This document shows, one piece after another, positions 6,792 to 15,962 of a DNA stretch of 19,416 nt. A program made the position numbers and the translations under genes. Position 1 is the first letter of the stretch; every line of letters begins with the position of its first letter. Origin of the DNA: Pseudomonadota bacterium (GTDB lineage: Bacteria > Bdellovibrionota_G > JALEGL01 > DATDPG01). Below the pieces are notes generated by a model. That model made no database searches and was not told the DNA's origin. It saw nothing but the letters and a program-made list of their open reading frames with translations. The DNA is taken from contig JAZDDX010000006.1 in the NCBI GenBank assembly GCA_043809315.1, positions 1 to 19,416 of the forward strand, in the 5' to 3' direction.

Positions 6792-8954
6792 TCAGCCGCC
6801 GCTCTTGAAATCGATGATGACCGGGGGGTTCTCCCCCTTTTTAATCTGAATCTGCTTCTCCACGTCCCGGAAGTCGGGATGGCGGAAGATGACGTCGTGC
6901 GATCCGACCGGCAACTCCTGGTTCATGATCGGCGTGTCGCCGATCTTTTTTCCGTCGATCAGGATCGTCGCCCAGGGGTTTGCGCTCAAACTCACGGTAC
7001 CCATCGGTACGACGACTTTCTTGAGTTCGATGTCGAGCTCCATCTTCGCTCGGGTCGCCTTGATCTCGCGGGTTTCGGATTCATACCCTGGGGAACTCAA
7101 GGTCAGCTTGTAACTCTTCCCGATCTCGAGATCCTCGATCACCTGCCCGTGTTCCTTGCCGTCGAGGTAGACGGTAGCGGTGCGCGGCGTGACGTTGATC
7201 TTGAGCGTCGTCATCGGTTTTCGTTCCATCGCGATGTCGATCCGCTCTTCGGGCTGCTTTAAGACGACCGTTTGTTTCGTGCGACGGAACCCTTCTTTTT
7301 CGAGCGTGATCAGATGCTCGACGTTGAGGCTCAAGTTCTCGATCGTGGCCGGCGTGGTCTCTTTGGTCTTGGTCTGATCGTACGAAATCCGAGCCCCCGG
7401 CGGATCACTCTCGATATAGAGGGAGCCGATCGGCGGGATGTCTTTCTCAAGCTTGAAGCTGTACTGGGTCTGATCCCCGGTGACGAGAAGCTGCTCGGTG
7501 AGCGGCTTGAACCCCTCTTTTTCCAGGCGGATCTGGTACGTCTTCTTCCGAGCGAGGGGGAGGGAGAGAGGGGTCTCCCCTTTCTGCATTCCGTCGACGA
7601 ACAGAAGGGCCTTCGGAGAGCTGGAGAGCTTGATCTCGTCAGTCACGGAAGGTTCTGCCGTCGGGGATGGGGGGGCTCGCAACGGGTTCTTCTGCGGATG
7701 GAAGTAGATCCAGCCTCCGCCGACGAGAGCGACGGCAAAAAGGAAGGTGAAGAACGCTCGGAAGAACGAAGGGCCCGATTTCTGTCTCAGCGTGACCCGG
7801 ACGGGAGCACCGATCGGAGGCGGGGCGGACGGCATTTGAAACTTGCGGGACGGGGGGGAGAAGGAAGGACGGGAGATCCCCGATGTGGGTGGAGTCGGGG
7901 CGCGAACCGTCGATGGTTGCGAACCCGGGCCACCCCGGGTCTCCCCGGACGACGTCATCGCCGCCAGTTGGTCCGGTGGGATCGAATCGAGGGCACGACG
8001 GAGGAGTTCCTGCTCTTGTTCGATCTCGGCCGCGAAGAGGGTTGCAAGGAATTCGGAGAGATCCTTGGTCGTGAAATCGGGATACGTGGCGTAAAAAATC
8101 TTCGAAAGCGCCACCTGCATCTCTTGCGCCGACGCGAAACGATCGTCGCGTTCCTTAGCAAGCGCTTTGAGAACGACCTCCTCCAGTTCGGGTGTGATCT
8201 CCGGCTGGTATTTCGACGGAGGAGGGACGGAGCACTCTTTGATCGCCTCGAGCGTTTCGAAGTCGTTCTCGCCGAGGAAGAGTCGACGCCCGGTCAACAT
8301 CTCGTAGAGAAGGATCCCGGCCGAGAAGACGTCGGTCCGGCGGTCGAGCTCGAGGCCAGCCGCCTGCTCGGGGGACATGTACCCGAACTTCCCTTTGAGG
8401 ACCCCGGCCTGGGTTCGATGAAGTTTGAACTCGGTCTTCGCGATCCCAAAATCCACGATCTTCACCTCGGCGTGGTACGAGATCATGATGTTTTGCGGGG
8501 AGATGTCGCGGTGGATCAGGTTCAAGGGTTTTCCGCTGACGGTGTCGGACTTTTCGTGAGCGTGCTCGAGCCCTTTGAGCATCTCGATCGCGACGTACAG
8601 AGCCTGAGGGACGGAGAGGGGGGTCTTCGCGGTGTAGCACTTCTTCAGGATCCCGCGGAGATCCTTGCCGTTGATGAACTCCATCGCGATGAAGTAGTTG
8701 TCCCCGATCTTCCCGAGGTCGGTGACTTGGCAGATGTTCGCGTGGGAGAGCTCGACGGCGATCTTCGCCTCGTCGATGAACATCTCGACAAATTCTTCGT
8801 CCTTCGACAGGTGCGGGAGAATCCGTTTGATGACCAGAAGTCGCTCGAAACCGCGGACGCCGAACGTCTTCGCTTTGAAAACCTCTGCCATCCCGCCGAC
8901 CGCGATCCGGTCCAGGAGAAAGTACTTTCCGTATACGGCTGGATGAAAACTCAC
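6792..8954 (-). CDS. Hanks-type Ser/Thr protein kinase with one TM helix and four extracytoplasmic PEGA domains
   Basis: Kinase motifs IAVGGMAEV, VIKRILP, HRDISPQN, DFGIAK, GKFGYMSPEQ and DVFSAG. A Pro/Ser-rich linker and TM segment FFTFLFAVALVGGGWIYF are followed by four PEGA-like repeats (SxP.A...DG...G.TP / LEKEGF). Confidence 0.93.
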   Translation of the reverse strand: MSFHPAVYGKYFLLDRIAVGGMAEVFKAKTFGVRGFERLLVIKRILPHLSKDEEFVEMFIDEAKIAVELSHANICQVTDLGKIGDNYFIAMEFINGKDLRGILKKCYTAKTPLSVPQALYVAIEMLKGLEHAHEKSDTVSGKPLNLIHRDISPQNIMISYHAEVKIVDFGIAKTEFKLHRTQAGVLKGKFGYMSPEQAAGLELDRRTDVFSAGILLYEMLTGRRLFLGENDFETLEAIKECSVPPPSKYQPEITPELEEVVLKALAKERDDRFASAQEMQVALSKIFYATYPDFTTKDLSEFLATLFAAEIEQEQELLRRALDSIPPDQLAAMTSSGETRGGPGSQPSTVRAPTPPTSGISRPSFSPPSRKFQMPSAPPPIGAPVRVTLRQKSGPSFFRAFFTFLFAVALVGGGWIYFHPQKNPLRAPPSPTAEPSVTDEIKLSSSPKALLFVDGMQKGETPLSLPLARKKTYQIRLEKEGFKPLTEQLLVTGDQTQYSFKLEKDIPPIGSLYIESDPPGARISYDQTKTKETTPATIENLSLNVEHLITLEKEGFRRTKQTVVLKQPEERIDIAMERKPMTTLKINVTPRTATVYLDGKEHGQVIEDLEIGKSYKLTLSSPGYESETREIKATRAKMELDIELKKVVVPMGTVSLSANPWATILIDGKKIGDTPIMNQELPVGSHDVIFRHPDFRDVEKQIQIKKGENPPVIIDFKSGG

Positions 8955-9018
8955 AGGGTCCTAATTCCAGATTAACGCAAAAATAGTCAAAAAGTGAGCT
9001 AAGTTGTGTAAAACCATA

Positions 9019-10773
9019 ATGAATCCGGTGATTCGAGTCAACGCGACGTTCCGTGTCGTCCTAATTGTGGCGCTTCTTGTGCTCGCCGTGTGGGGGGTGA
9101 CCCTTTTGTTCGGCTGGGTCTGGGACGATTTCCCGACCGTGGTTTCGAACCCCTCCCTTCATGACATCAAGACCTTGGGATCCGCTTTTTTTCACGACTT
9201 CTGGGGGCTTCACGAGATCCCCGCGCGGAGCGGGTACTGGCGGCCGTTGCCAACGGTCATCTACACCCTGGCAACTTTGGTTTTCGGAACACACGCGATG
9301 CCCTTTCATTTGATCTGTGTCTTGGTTCACGGGGGGGTTGCTGTTCTTGCCGTCCTCCTTCTTCAACGACTGGGCTTGGAGGGAGTCGGCCTGCTCGTGG
9401 GAGCACTGTTTTTTGCCCTTCACCCGATCCACTCGGAAACGGTCAGCTTTGTCTCGGCTCTCCCCGATCTGTTGGCGGCGCTCTTCGGTCTTGGCGCATT
9501 GGTGGTTTGGCCGAAGAGGTTTTGGCTTGGGACGCTGTTATTCGCTGGCGCACTTCTTTCGAAGGAATCGGCGATTGCGTTCGCGTTTGTTGGAGTGTGG
9601 CTCAATTGGAGAAGCCGCCCCGGGTGGCTCGCGGTGATTTTACCGGTCTGTGGGGTCTATAGCGTTGCTCATTTCTGGGTCACAGGCGGCACGGGAGTCC
9701 GTGATCTTTGGGGCGGGAGCGTAAGTTCGCATTTGGGCACGGTCCTTCGTTTAATCCCGTACTCCGCATTCCTAACTCTGATCCCCATAGGAACGACACC
9801 GACGAGAATCTTCACGCTCTCAAGCGGGGTCCTCAATTGGGCTACAGTGACCTCAGTTGCAACTCTGGCCCTCGTGATCATTCTTGCTTGGCGCTTCCGT
9901 AAATCAGCCCCCATTGCGGCTCGGGGAATTGTGCTCTTTGGTCTCTTCTACCTTCCGGTTTCGAATCTGATCCCCGCGGAGGGGTTGCTCGTCGATCGGT
10001 ATCTCTATCTTCCTGCGCTCGGAACGGCGGCGATCGTTGGAAGTCTTGCCGCTTGGATCGTTCCCTATATGAGGACCCGAGATCTCTGGATCGCGATTAC
10101 GCTCCTCATCGTGTGGGGCGGATGGGCGGCTCAAGCATCCCAAAAATGGAAAAGCGATGACTCGCTCTGGAACGCCGCGACCGTATCCTCTCCAGAATCT
10201 CCCGTTGCCTGGAACGAACTCGGAGGGGTGTTTCTTACGAAACGGGAGTTCAAAGATGCGCTGGCGGCGTTCGACCGGGCTCTCGAACTTCGACCGGCGT
10301 ATCGGGAGGCGTCGTTCAATCGGGCGGTGACGTCGTATCGGATGGGGGATCTTGCGGGAGCGAAATCGGGGTTGGAAAAACACCTGGAACGATTTCCGAC
10401 GGATGCGGAGGGATGGGATCTGGCCGGGACGGTCGCGGTGACGCTCCGAGATCTTTCGAAAGGGATCGATTGCGGGGTTCGGGCGGTTCGTTTCGAACCG
10501 GGCAACTGGAAGTGGCGTTACAATCTCGGGCTGACGTACGTCCAGGTTCGCGACCTTTCTTCGGCCGCAACGGAACTGGAAGAGGCGCGAAAACTCACGA
10601 ATGGAAGGCACGAGGTTCTCTCGAAACTCGGCGGCGTCTTCCTGTTGGCCGGGGAGTGGAGAAAGAGCGCAGACGTCTTTGCCGAGGTCACTCGGCGATG
10701 GCCGGAGGACGAGGAAGGAGGTCGCGCTTTGAAGCAGATCCGGGATATTATGGCGGTTACGGGGGATCGGTAA
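9019..10773 (+). CDS. TMTC-like membrane glycosyltransferase (GT-C fold) with C-terminal TPR repeats
   Basis: Multi-TM N-terminal region with WDD after TM1, YWRPL, FALHPIHSETV, LSKESA and DRYLYLP, the motif series of TMTC-type protein O-mannosyltransferase homologues. TPR repeats follow (AWNELGGVF..A...FDRALELRP). ATG 9019 is preferred over TTG 9004. Confidence 0.8.
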   Translation: MNPVIRVNATFRVVLIVALLVLAVWGVTLLFGWVWDDFPTVVSNPSLHDIKTLGSAFFHDFWGLHEIPARSGYWRPLPTVIYTLATLVFGTHAMPFHLICVLVHGGVAVLAVLLLQRLGLEGVGLLVGALFFALHPIHSETVSFVSALPDLLAALFGLGALVVWPKRFWLGTLLFAGALLSKESAIAFAFVGVWLNWRSRPGWLAVILPVCGVYSVAHFWVTGGTGVRDLWGGSVSSHLGTVLRLIPYSAFLTLIPIGTTPTRIFTLSSGVLNWATVTSVATLALVIILAWRFRKSAPIAARGIVLFGLFYLPVSNLIPAEGLLVDRYLYLPALGTAAIVGSLAAWIVPYMRTRDLWIAITLLIVWGGWAAQASQKWKSDDSLWNAATVSSPESPVAWNELGGVFLTKREFKDALAAFDRALELRPAYREASFNRAVTSYRMGDLAGAKSGLEKHLERFPTDAEGWDLAGTVAVTLRDLSKGIDCGVRAVRFEPGNWKWRYNLGLTYVQVRDLSSAATELEEARKLTNGRHEVLSKLGGVFLLAGEWRKSADVFAEVTRRWPEDEEGGRALKQIRDIMAVTGDR

Positions 10774-10774
10774 C

Positions 10775-11704
10775 ATGGTTGCGGCAAATCGGATCGGGAG
10801 TTCGGTGGTCACCGTCGGAAACTACGACGGTGTCCACCTAGGACACCAGGCGATCGTTCGGGCTCTCGTCTCGGAGGCGCGCCGCCGATCGGTCCCGTCC
10901 ATCGCGGTCCTCTTTGATCCGCATCCTACCGTCGTTCTTGGCACGAAGATCCCGCCACTTTTGACGACACCGGAAGAGCGTGGCCGACTGATCAAAGGAC
11001 TGGGTGTCGATCGCGTCGTCATCCGGAAGTTCACGCAAGATCTGGCGGAGACGCCGGCAAAGATGTTCCTGCTGGAACTTCGGAACGAATATGGGATGGA
11101 GTCACTCGTGGTTGGTCCGACGACCCATCTCGGAAAGGGGAGGGACGGAACGCCGGAACGGCTGGAAGAAATGGGGGAGGAGTTCGGTTTCGACGTGAAC
11201 GTGGTGCCGCAGTTTTTTCTAAACGACGAGGAGCGCGTTAGCAGCTCCGAGGTCCGTCGAAGTATCGAGGAAGGGGAGATGGAGCGGGCCCGGCGTCTTC
11301 TGGGCCGGTTCTATCGGACCCACGGAACGGTCGTGCCGGGGGATGCGCGGGGGCGTCAACTCGGGTTTCCGACGGCGAATGTGGCCGGGATTCCGACCAT
11401 GCTCCCGCTTTCCGGCGTCTACGCGGTTTGGGCCGAGGCGGGCGGTACGCTGCTCCCCGGTGCCGCGAACGTGGGGGTCCGGCCAACCGTGAAGACCGGG
11501 GGTAGTCTCGGGGTAGAGGTTCATCTGCTCGGGTACCAGGGATCGCTCCTGGGAAAGGATCTACCGATCTTCTGGGGGAAGCGCCTACGGGAGGAGCGGA
11601 AATTCTCTTCCCTCGAGGAATTGAAGGCCCAGATCGCGACCGATTGCGGAGAGGCGAAAACCGCTTTGTCGGGGCTCCCAAAGGCGGTCGAAAGCGAATC
11701 GTAA
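10775..11704 (+). CDS. ribF: Bifunctional riboflavin kinase / FAD synthetase
   Basis: GNYDGVHLGHQ, FDPHP, VSSSEVR, GRQLGFPTAN, GVY, NVGVRPTV, EVHLL and LREERKF motifs. Confidence 0.96.
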   Translation: MVAANRIGSSVVTVGNYDGVHLGHQAIVRALVSEARRRSVPSIAVLFDPHPTVVLGTKIPPLLTTPEERGRLIKGLGVDRVVIRKFTQDLAETPAKMFLLELRNEYGMESLVVGPTTHLGKGRDGTPERLEEMGEEFGFDVNVVPQFFLNDEERVSSSEVRRSIEEGEMERARRLLGRFYRTHGTVVPGDARGRQLGFPTANVAGIPTMLPLSGVYAVWAEAGGTLLPGAANVGVRPTVKTGGSLGVEVHLLGYQGSLLGKDLPIFWGKRLREERKFSSLEELKAQIATDCGEAKTALSGLPKAVESES

Positions 11705-11764
11705 CAAAAGTGGTCTAAATGACATATAACGTAACAACTATTTAAAATTAAATATAAAACAAAG

Positions 11765-11793
11765 TTGACAAAAATTGTCACTATTGCTAATTT
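11765..11793 (+). promoter_or_regulatory. Sigma70 promoter of the pilBTCSR operon
   Basis: Perfect TTGACA (11765-11770), 17-nt spacer, extended -10 TGc-TAATTT (11785-11793). A very AT-rich UP-like tract lies upstream (about 11739-11763). Confidence 0.75.
11766..11780. promoter_or_regulatory. Palindromic operator TGACAA-N3-TTGTCA (putative PilR site) overlapping the -35 box
   Basis: Perfect inverted repeat TGACAA AAA TTGTCA. The same motif is found twice upstream of pilA. Confidence 0.65.
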
Positions 11794-11883
11794 TGATTCG
11801 CTCCCGACGGCGGTGACGATCTTTTTCATGACGGGCACCCCCTTTCAACGTACGTTTTGGATCGGGAGAAAAGGAGATGATCG

Positions 11884-13581
11884 ATGAGCAGCCGCCTGGG
11901 TGAACTCCTCATTCGGCAAAACCTAATCTCGAGCCAGCAACTTCAAAAGGCTCAGGAAGAACAGAGGAAGTCGGGGGGTCGCCTCGGGTACAACCTGACC
12001 AAGCTCGGCTACATCAAGGAAGCCGACCTGACGGCGTTTCTCTCCAAACAGTACGGCGTTCCCTCGATCAACCTAACCGAGTTCGAGATCGAGCAGGACG
12101 TCATCAATCTCGTTCCGAAGGATGTCGCGGAAAAACACCAGGTCATTCCGGTCAACAAGAGCGGCGCAACCCTGATCGTCGCGATGGCCGATCCGTCGAA
12201 CATCTACGCGATCGACGATCTCAAGTTCCTGACTGGGTACAACATCGAAGCGGTCGTCGCTTCGGAAGTGGCGATCAAGCAGGCGATTGAGCGGTATTAC
12301 GATGAAGGAGAGCGGTTCACCGAGGTTCTCGCCGACTTCGACGACCAGGGGATCGAGTACGTCGCGGACGAGGAGGAGGTCGATACCGCGGACCTCTCCA
12401 AATCGGCCGAAGACGCGCCGGTCGTCAAGCTGGTGAACCTGATCATGATGGATGCCGTCAAGAAAGGGGCGTCCGATATCCACGTCGAGCCGTACGAAAA
12501 GGTCTTCCGGATCCGGTTCCGGATCGACGGCGTTCTGTACGAGGTGATGAAGCCGCCGCTCAAGCTCAAGAACGCGATTACCTCGCGTATCAAGATCATG
12601 TCGAAGCTCGACATCGCGGAACGGCGTCTCCCGCAGGACGGACGTATCAAGATCAAACTCGGGAAGGGGAAAGAGATGGACTTCCGCGTCTCGGTTCTCC
12701 CGACCCTTTTCGGCGAGAAGGTGGTCCTCCGGCTCTTGGACAAATCGAACCTACAGCTCGACATGACGAAGCTCGGGTTCGAGCAGAAGGCGCTCGACGA
12801 CTTCAAGGGGGCGATCGCCAAGCCGTTCGGGATGATTCTGGTGACCGGGCCGACCGGATCGGGAAAGACCACGACGCTCTATTCCGCCCTCTCCGAACTG
12901 AACAAGATCTCGGACAACATCTCGACCGCCGAGGACCCGGTCGAATTCAACCTCCCCGGGATCAACCAGGTGCAGATGCACGATGAAATCGGGTTGAACT
13001 TCGCCGCCTCGCTCCGGTCGTTCCTTCGGCAGGACCCGGACATCATCATGGTCGGCGAGATCCGCGATTTTGAAACGGCGGAGATCGCGGTCAAGGCCGC
13101 CTTGACGGGACACTTGGTTCTCTCGACGCTCCACACGAACGACGCACCGTCGACGATCAACCGTCTCCTCAACATGGGGATCGAGCCGTTCCTGGTCGCT
13201 TCGTCAGTGAACCTGGTCGGCGCCCAGCGTCTCTGCCGAAAGGTCTGCAGTGAGTGCAGGGAAGAGCTTAAGATCCCGCCGCAGACGTTGATCGACGCCG
13301 GGATGTCGCCGGAGGTGGCCAATAAAGCGGTCGTCTACCAAGGGAAAGGGTGCGCGACCTGCAGCGAGACAGGGTACAAGGGACGGATCGCCGTCTACGA
13401 GGTCATGCCGGTCGGGGAGGAGCTCCGGGAGTTCATCTTGAACGGCGCCTCGACGGTCGAGATCAAGCGCGAGGCGATGCGCCTGGGGATGAAATCGATG
13501 CGCAAGGCGGCCCTGACGAAACTCGAGGAGGGGGTGACGACTCTCGAGGAAACGTTGCGTGTCACGATGGCGGACAATTAG
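11884..13581 (+). CDS. pilB: Type IVa pilus extension ATPase
   Basis: N-terminal MshEN-like RLG motifs, ASDIHVEP, DIAERRLPQDGR, Walker A GPTGSGKT, LRQDPDIIMVGEIRD and Zn motif CSEC..CATC. SD AAGGAG. Confidence 0.97.
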   Translation: MSSRLGELLIRQNLISSQQLQKAQEEQRKSGGRLGYNLTKLGYIKEADLTAFLSKQYGVPSINLTEFEIEQDVINLVPKDVAEKHQVIPVNKSGATLIVAMADPSNIYAIDDLKFLTGYNIEAVVASEVAIKQAIERYYDEGERFTEVLADFDDQGIEYVADEEEVDTADLSKSAEDAPVVKLVNLIMMDAVKKGASDIHVEPYEKVFRIRFRIDGVLYEVMKPPLKLKNAITSRIKIMSKLDIAERRLPQDGRIKIKLGKGKEMDFRVSVLPTLFGEKVVLRLLDKSNLQLDMTKLGFEQKALDDFKGAIAKPFGMILVTGPTGSGKTTTLYSALSELNKISDNISTAEDPVEFNLPGINQVQMHDEIGLNFAASLRSFLRQDPDIIMVGEIRDFETAEIAVKAALTGHLVLSTLHTNDAPSTINRLLNMGIEPFLVASSVNLVGAQRLCRKVCSECREELKIPPQTLIDAGMSPEVANKAVVYQGKGCATCSETGYKGRIAVYEVMPVGEELREFILNGASTVEIKREAMRLGMKSMRKAALTKLEEGVTTLEETLRVTMADN

Positions 13582-13601
13582 GCGGAAGGCGGGACGAACG
13601 T

Positions 13602-14711
13602 ATGGCCAATCTGCATCAGCTGCTCAAGACGATGATCGAAAAGGGGGCGAGCGATCTCCACGTGACGACCGGCACGCCGCCGCAGCTTCGCGTTGATGGG
13701 AAACTATTCCCACTCAAGCTACCGCCGCTGACGCCGCAGGAGACGAAACAACTCTGCTACTCGATCCTGACGGACGCCCAGAAGCACAAGTTCGAAGAGA
13801 ACAACGAGCTGGATCTTTCGTTTGGCGTGAAGGGGCTGGCCCGGTTCCGGGCGAACGTCTACATGCAGCGGGGGGCGGTCACGGGTGCGTTCCGGGTGAT
13901 CCCGTACAAGATCCTCGGTCTCAGTGAACTCGGGCTTCCGCCCATCGTCGGCGATCTCACACGGAAACCGAGAGGGCTGGTTCTGGTCACCGGACCGACC
14001 GGGTCGGGGAAATCGACGACGCTGGCGTCGATGATCGACTTGATCAACCAGGAGCGGCACGAGCACATCATGACGATCGAGGATCCGATCGAGTACCTGC
14101 ACCCGCACAAGGGGTGCATCGTGAACCAACGGGAAGTGAACACCGATACGTCGACGTTCGCGGTCGCGCTCAAGTACGTGCTGCGTCAGGACCCGGACGT
14201 CGTCCTGATCGGGGAAATGCGCGATCTCGAAACGGTCGAAGCGGCCCTTCAGATCGCCGAGACAGGTCACCTCGCCTTCGCGACGTTGCACACGAACGGA
14301 TGCGTTCAGACGATCAACCGGATTATCGACGTCTTTCCATCCCACCAGCAGCCGCGGACGAGAGCCCAGCTCTCGTTCGTCCTGGAGGGAGTTCTCTCCC
14401 AGTGTCTGATCCCCCGAGCGAACGGAAGAGGGCGGACGCTTGCGATCGAGGTGCTGATCCCGAACCCGGCGATCCGCAACCTGATCCGTGAGGACAAGAT
14501 CCATCAGATCTACTCTCAGATGCAAGTGGGGCAGACGAAGTACGGGATGTCGACCCTGAATCAGTCGCTCTACAGCCTGATCTCGAAGCGGGTGATCACG
14601 ATGGAAGACGGGATCGCCCGTTCCTCGGATCCCGACGAACTTCGGCAGATGATCGCGAATGGCGGCGTCATCCCGCAAGGGCCGGCGACCGTGCAGGCGC
14701 GGCGCGCGTGA
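13602..14711 (+). CDS. pilT: Type IVa pilus retraction ATPase (369 aa)
   Basis: True start MANLHQLLKTMIEKGASDLH at 13602; the ORF-track extension overlaps pilB. Walker A GPTGSGKS, TIEDPIEY, LRQDPDVVLIGEMRD and the PilT signature AIRNLIRE. Confidence 0.97.
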   Translation: MANLHQLLKTMIEKGASDLHVTTGTPPQLRVDGKLFPLKLPPLTPQETKQLCYSILTDAQKHKFEENNELDLSFGVKGLARFRANVYMQRGAVTGAFRVIPYKILGLSELGLPPIVGDLTRKPRGLVLVTGPTGSGKSTTLASMIDLINQERHEHIMTIEDPIEYLHPHKGCIVNQREVNTDTSTFAVALKYVLRQDPDVVLIGEMRDLETVEAALQIAETGHLAFATLHTNGCVQTINRIIDVFPSHQQPRTRAQLSFVLEGVLSQCLIPRANGRGRTLAIEVLIPNPAIRNLIREDKIHQIYSQMQVGQTKYGMSTLNQSLYSLISKRVITMEDGIARSSDPDELRQMIANGGVIPQGPATVQARRA

Positions 14712-14725
14712 GAGGAGAATAGAAG

Positions 14726-15949
14726 ATGCCCGTATTCAAATGGGAAGGGACGACCCGACAAGGAGTCGTCAAGAAGGGGGAGCGCGAGGCGCCGAACCAG
14801 GCGGCGATCATCGCGTGGCTTCGCCAGCAACAGGTACGTCCCAAGAAGGTCGTCGAGAAAGGGACCAAGGCGCAGTTCACCATGCCGGGGATCAAGCATG
14901 GCGTGGCATCGAAAGACATCGTCATTTTCGCGCGGCAGTTCGCGACGATGATCGACGCCGGTCTCCCGCTCGTGCAGTGCCTCGACATTCTGGCGAGCCA
15001 GCAGGAATCGCGGACATTTAAGACCATACTGTTCGCGGTGAAGAACGAGGTCGAAGGGGGATCGACCTTCGCCGACGCCCTCCGGAAACACCCCAAAGCG
15101 TTCGACGAACTGTTCGTGAACCTGGTTTCCGCCGGCGAGATCGGCGGTATCTTGGACACGATCTTCATGCGTCTGGCGGGATATCTCGAAAAAGTCATGA
15201 AGCTCAAAAAGAAGGTCAAGAGCGCCATGGTCTATCCGGTCACGATTCTCGTGGTCGCGATCGCGGTCGTGGCGATCCTGCTCGGGTGGGTCATCCCGAT
15301 CTTCGAGAACATGTTTCGGGAGTTCGGGAATGCGGAACTTCCCGGGCCCACCCGGATCGTCATTCAGATTTCGCAAGGGTTCAAACATTACTTCATATTC
15401 ATCGCGATCGGGGTGGGCGGGATCATCGCCGGGTTCAAGTACATCTACGGCACGAAAAGGGGACGTTTGACGATCGACAAGATCTCCCTTCGCGTTCCGG
15501 TCTTCGGACCCCTCCTGCGGAAGGTGGCCGTGGCCCGGTTCTCTCGGACGCTGGCGACGATGATCACAAGCGGGGTCCCGATCCTCGATGCGCTGGAGAT
15601 CGTCGCGAAGTCAGCGGGGAACAAAGTAGTGGAAAACGCGATCATCGAGACCCGCCAGTCGATCAGCGAGGGAAAGACGATGGCGGAACCGCTCGAAGAG
15701 AGCGGCGTTTTCCCTTCGATGGTCTGCCAGATGATCAGCGTCGGAGAGGCGACCGGCGCGATGGATGCGATGCTGAACAAGATCGCCGATTTTTATGACG
15801 ACGAGGTCGATTCGGCGGTCGACGCTCTGACCTCCCTGATGGAACCGGCGATGATGGTCTTTCTCGGCGTGATCATCGGCGGCCTGGTCGTCGCCATGTA
15901 CCTGCCGGTCTTCAAACTGGCCGGCTCCATCAGCGGCGCCGGCGGCTAG
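14726..15949 (+). CDS. pilC: Type IV pilus inner-membrane platform protein
   Basis: GspF-family repeats: RQFATMIDAGLPL, AGEIGGILD, KVKSAMVYP, VGEATGAMDAML and AMYLPVF. SD GAGGAG. Confidence 0.97.
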   Translation: MPVFKWEGTTRQGVVKKGEREAPNQAAIIAWLRQQQVRPKKVVEKGTKAQFTMPGIKHGVASKDIVIFARQFATMIDAGLPLVQCLDILASQQESRTFKTILFAVKNEVEGGSTFADALRKHPKAFDELFVNLVSAGEIGGILDTIFMRLAGYLEKVMKLKKKVKSAMVYPVTILVVAIAVVAILLGWVIPIFENMFREFGNAELPGPTRIVIQISQGFKHYFIFIAIGVGGIIAGFKYIYGTKRGRLTIDKISLRVPVFGPLLRKVAVARFSRTLATMITSGVPILDALEIVAKSAGNKVVENAIIETRQSISEGKTMAEPLEESGVFPSMVCQMISVGEATGAMDAMLNKIADFYDDEVDSAVDALTSLMEPAMMVFLGVIIGGLVVAMYLPVFKLAGSISGAGG

Positions 15950-15962
15950 GAGCGCCGTCCGA

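Noticed and set aside
7272..8975. 567-aa + strand ORF
   Set aside because: Antisense shadow of the kinase, typical of GC-rich codon bias, with no recognisable motifs.
13350..13601. 84-residue N-terminal extension of PilT in the ORF track
   Set aside because: Overlaps the pilB 3' end in another frame; PilT homology begins at Met 13602.
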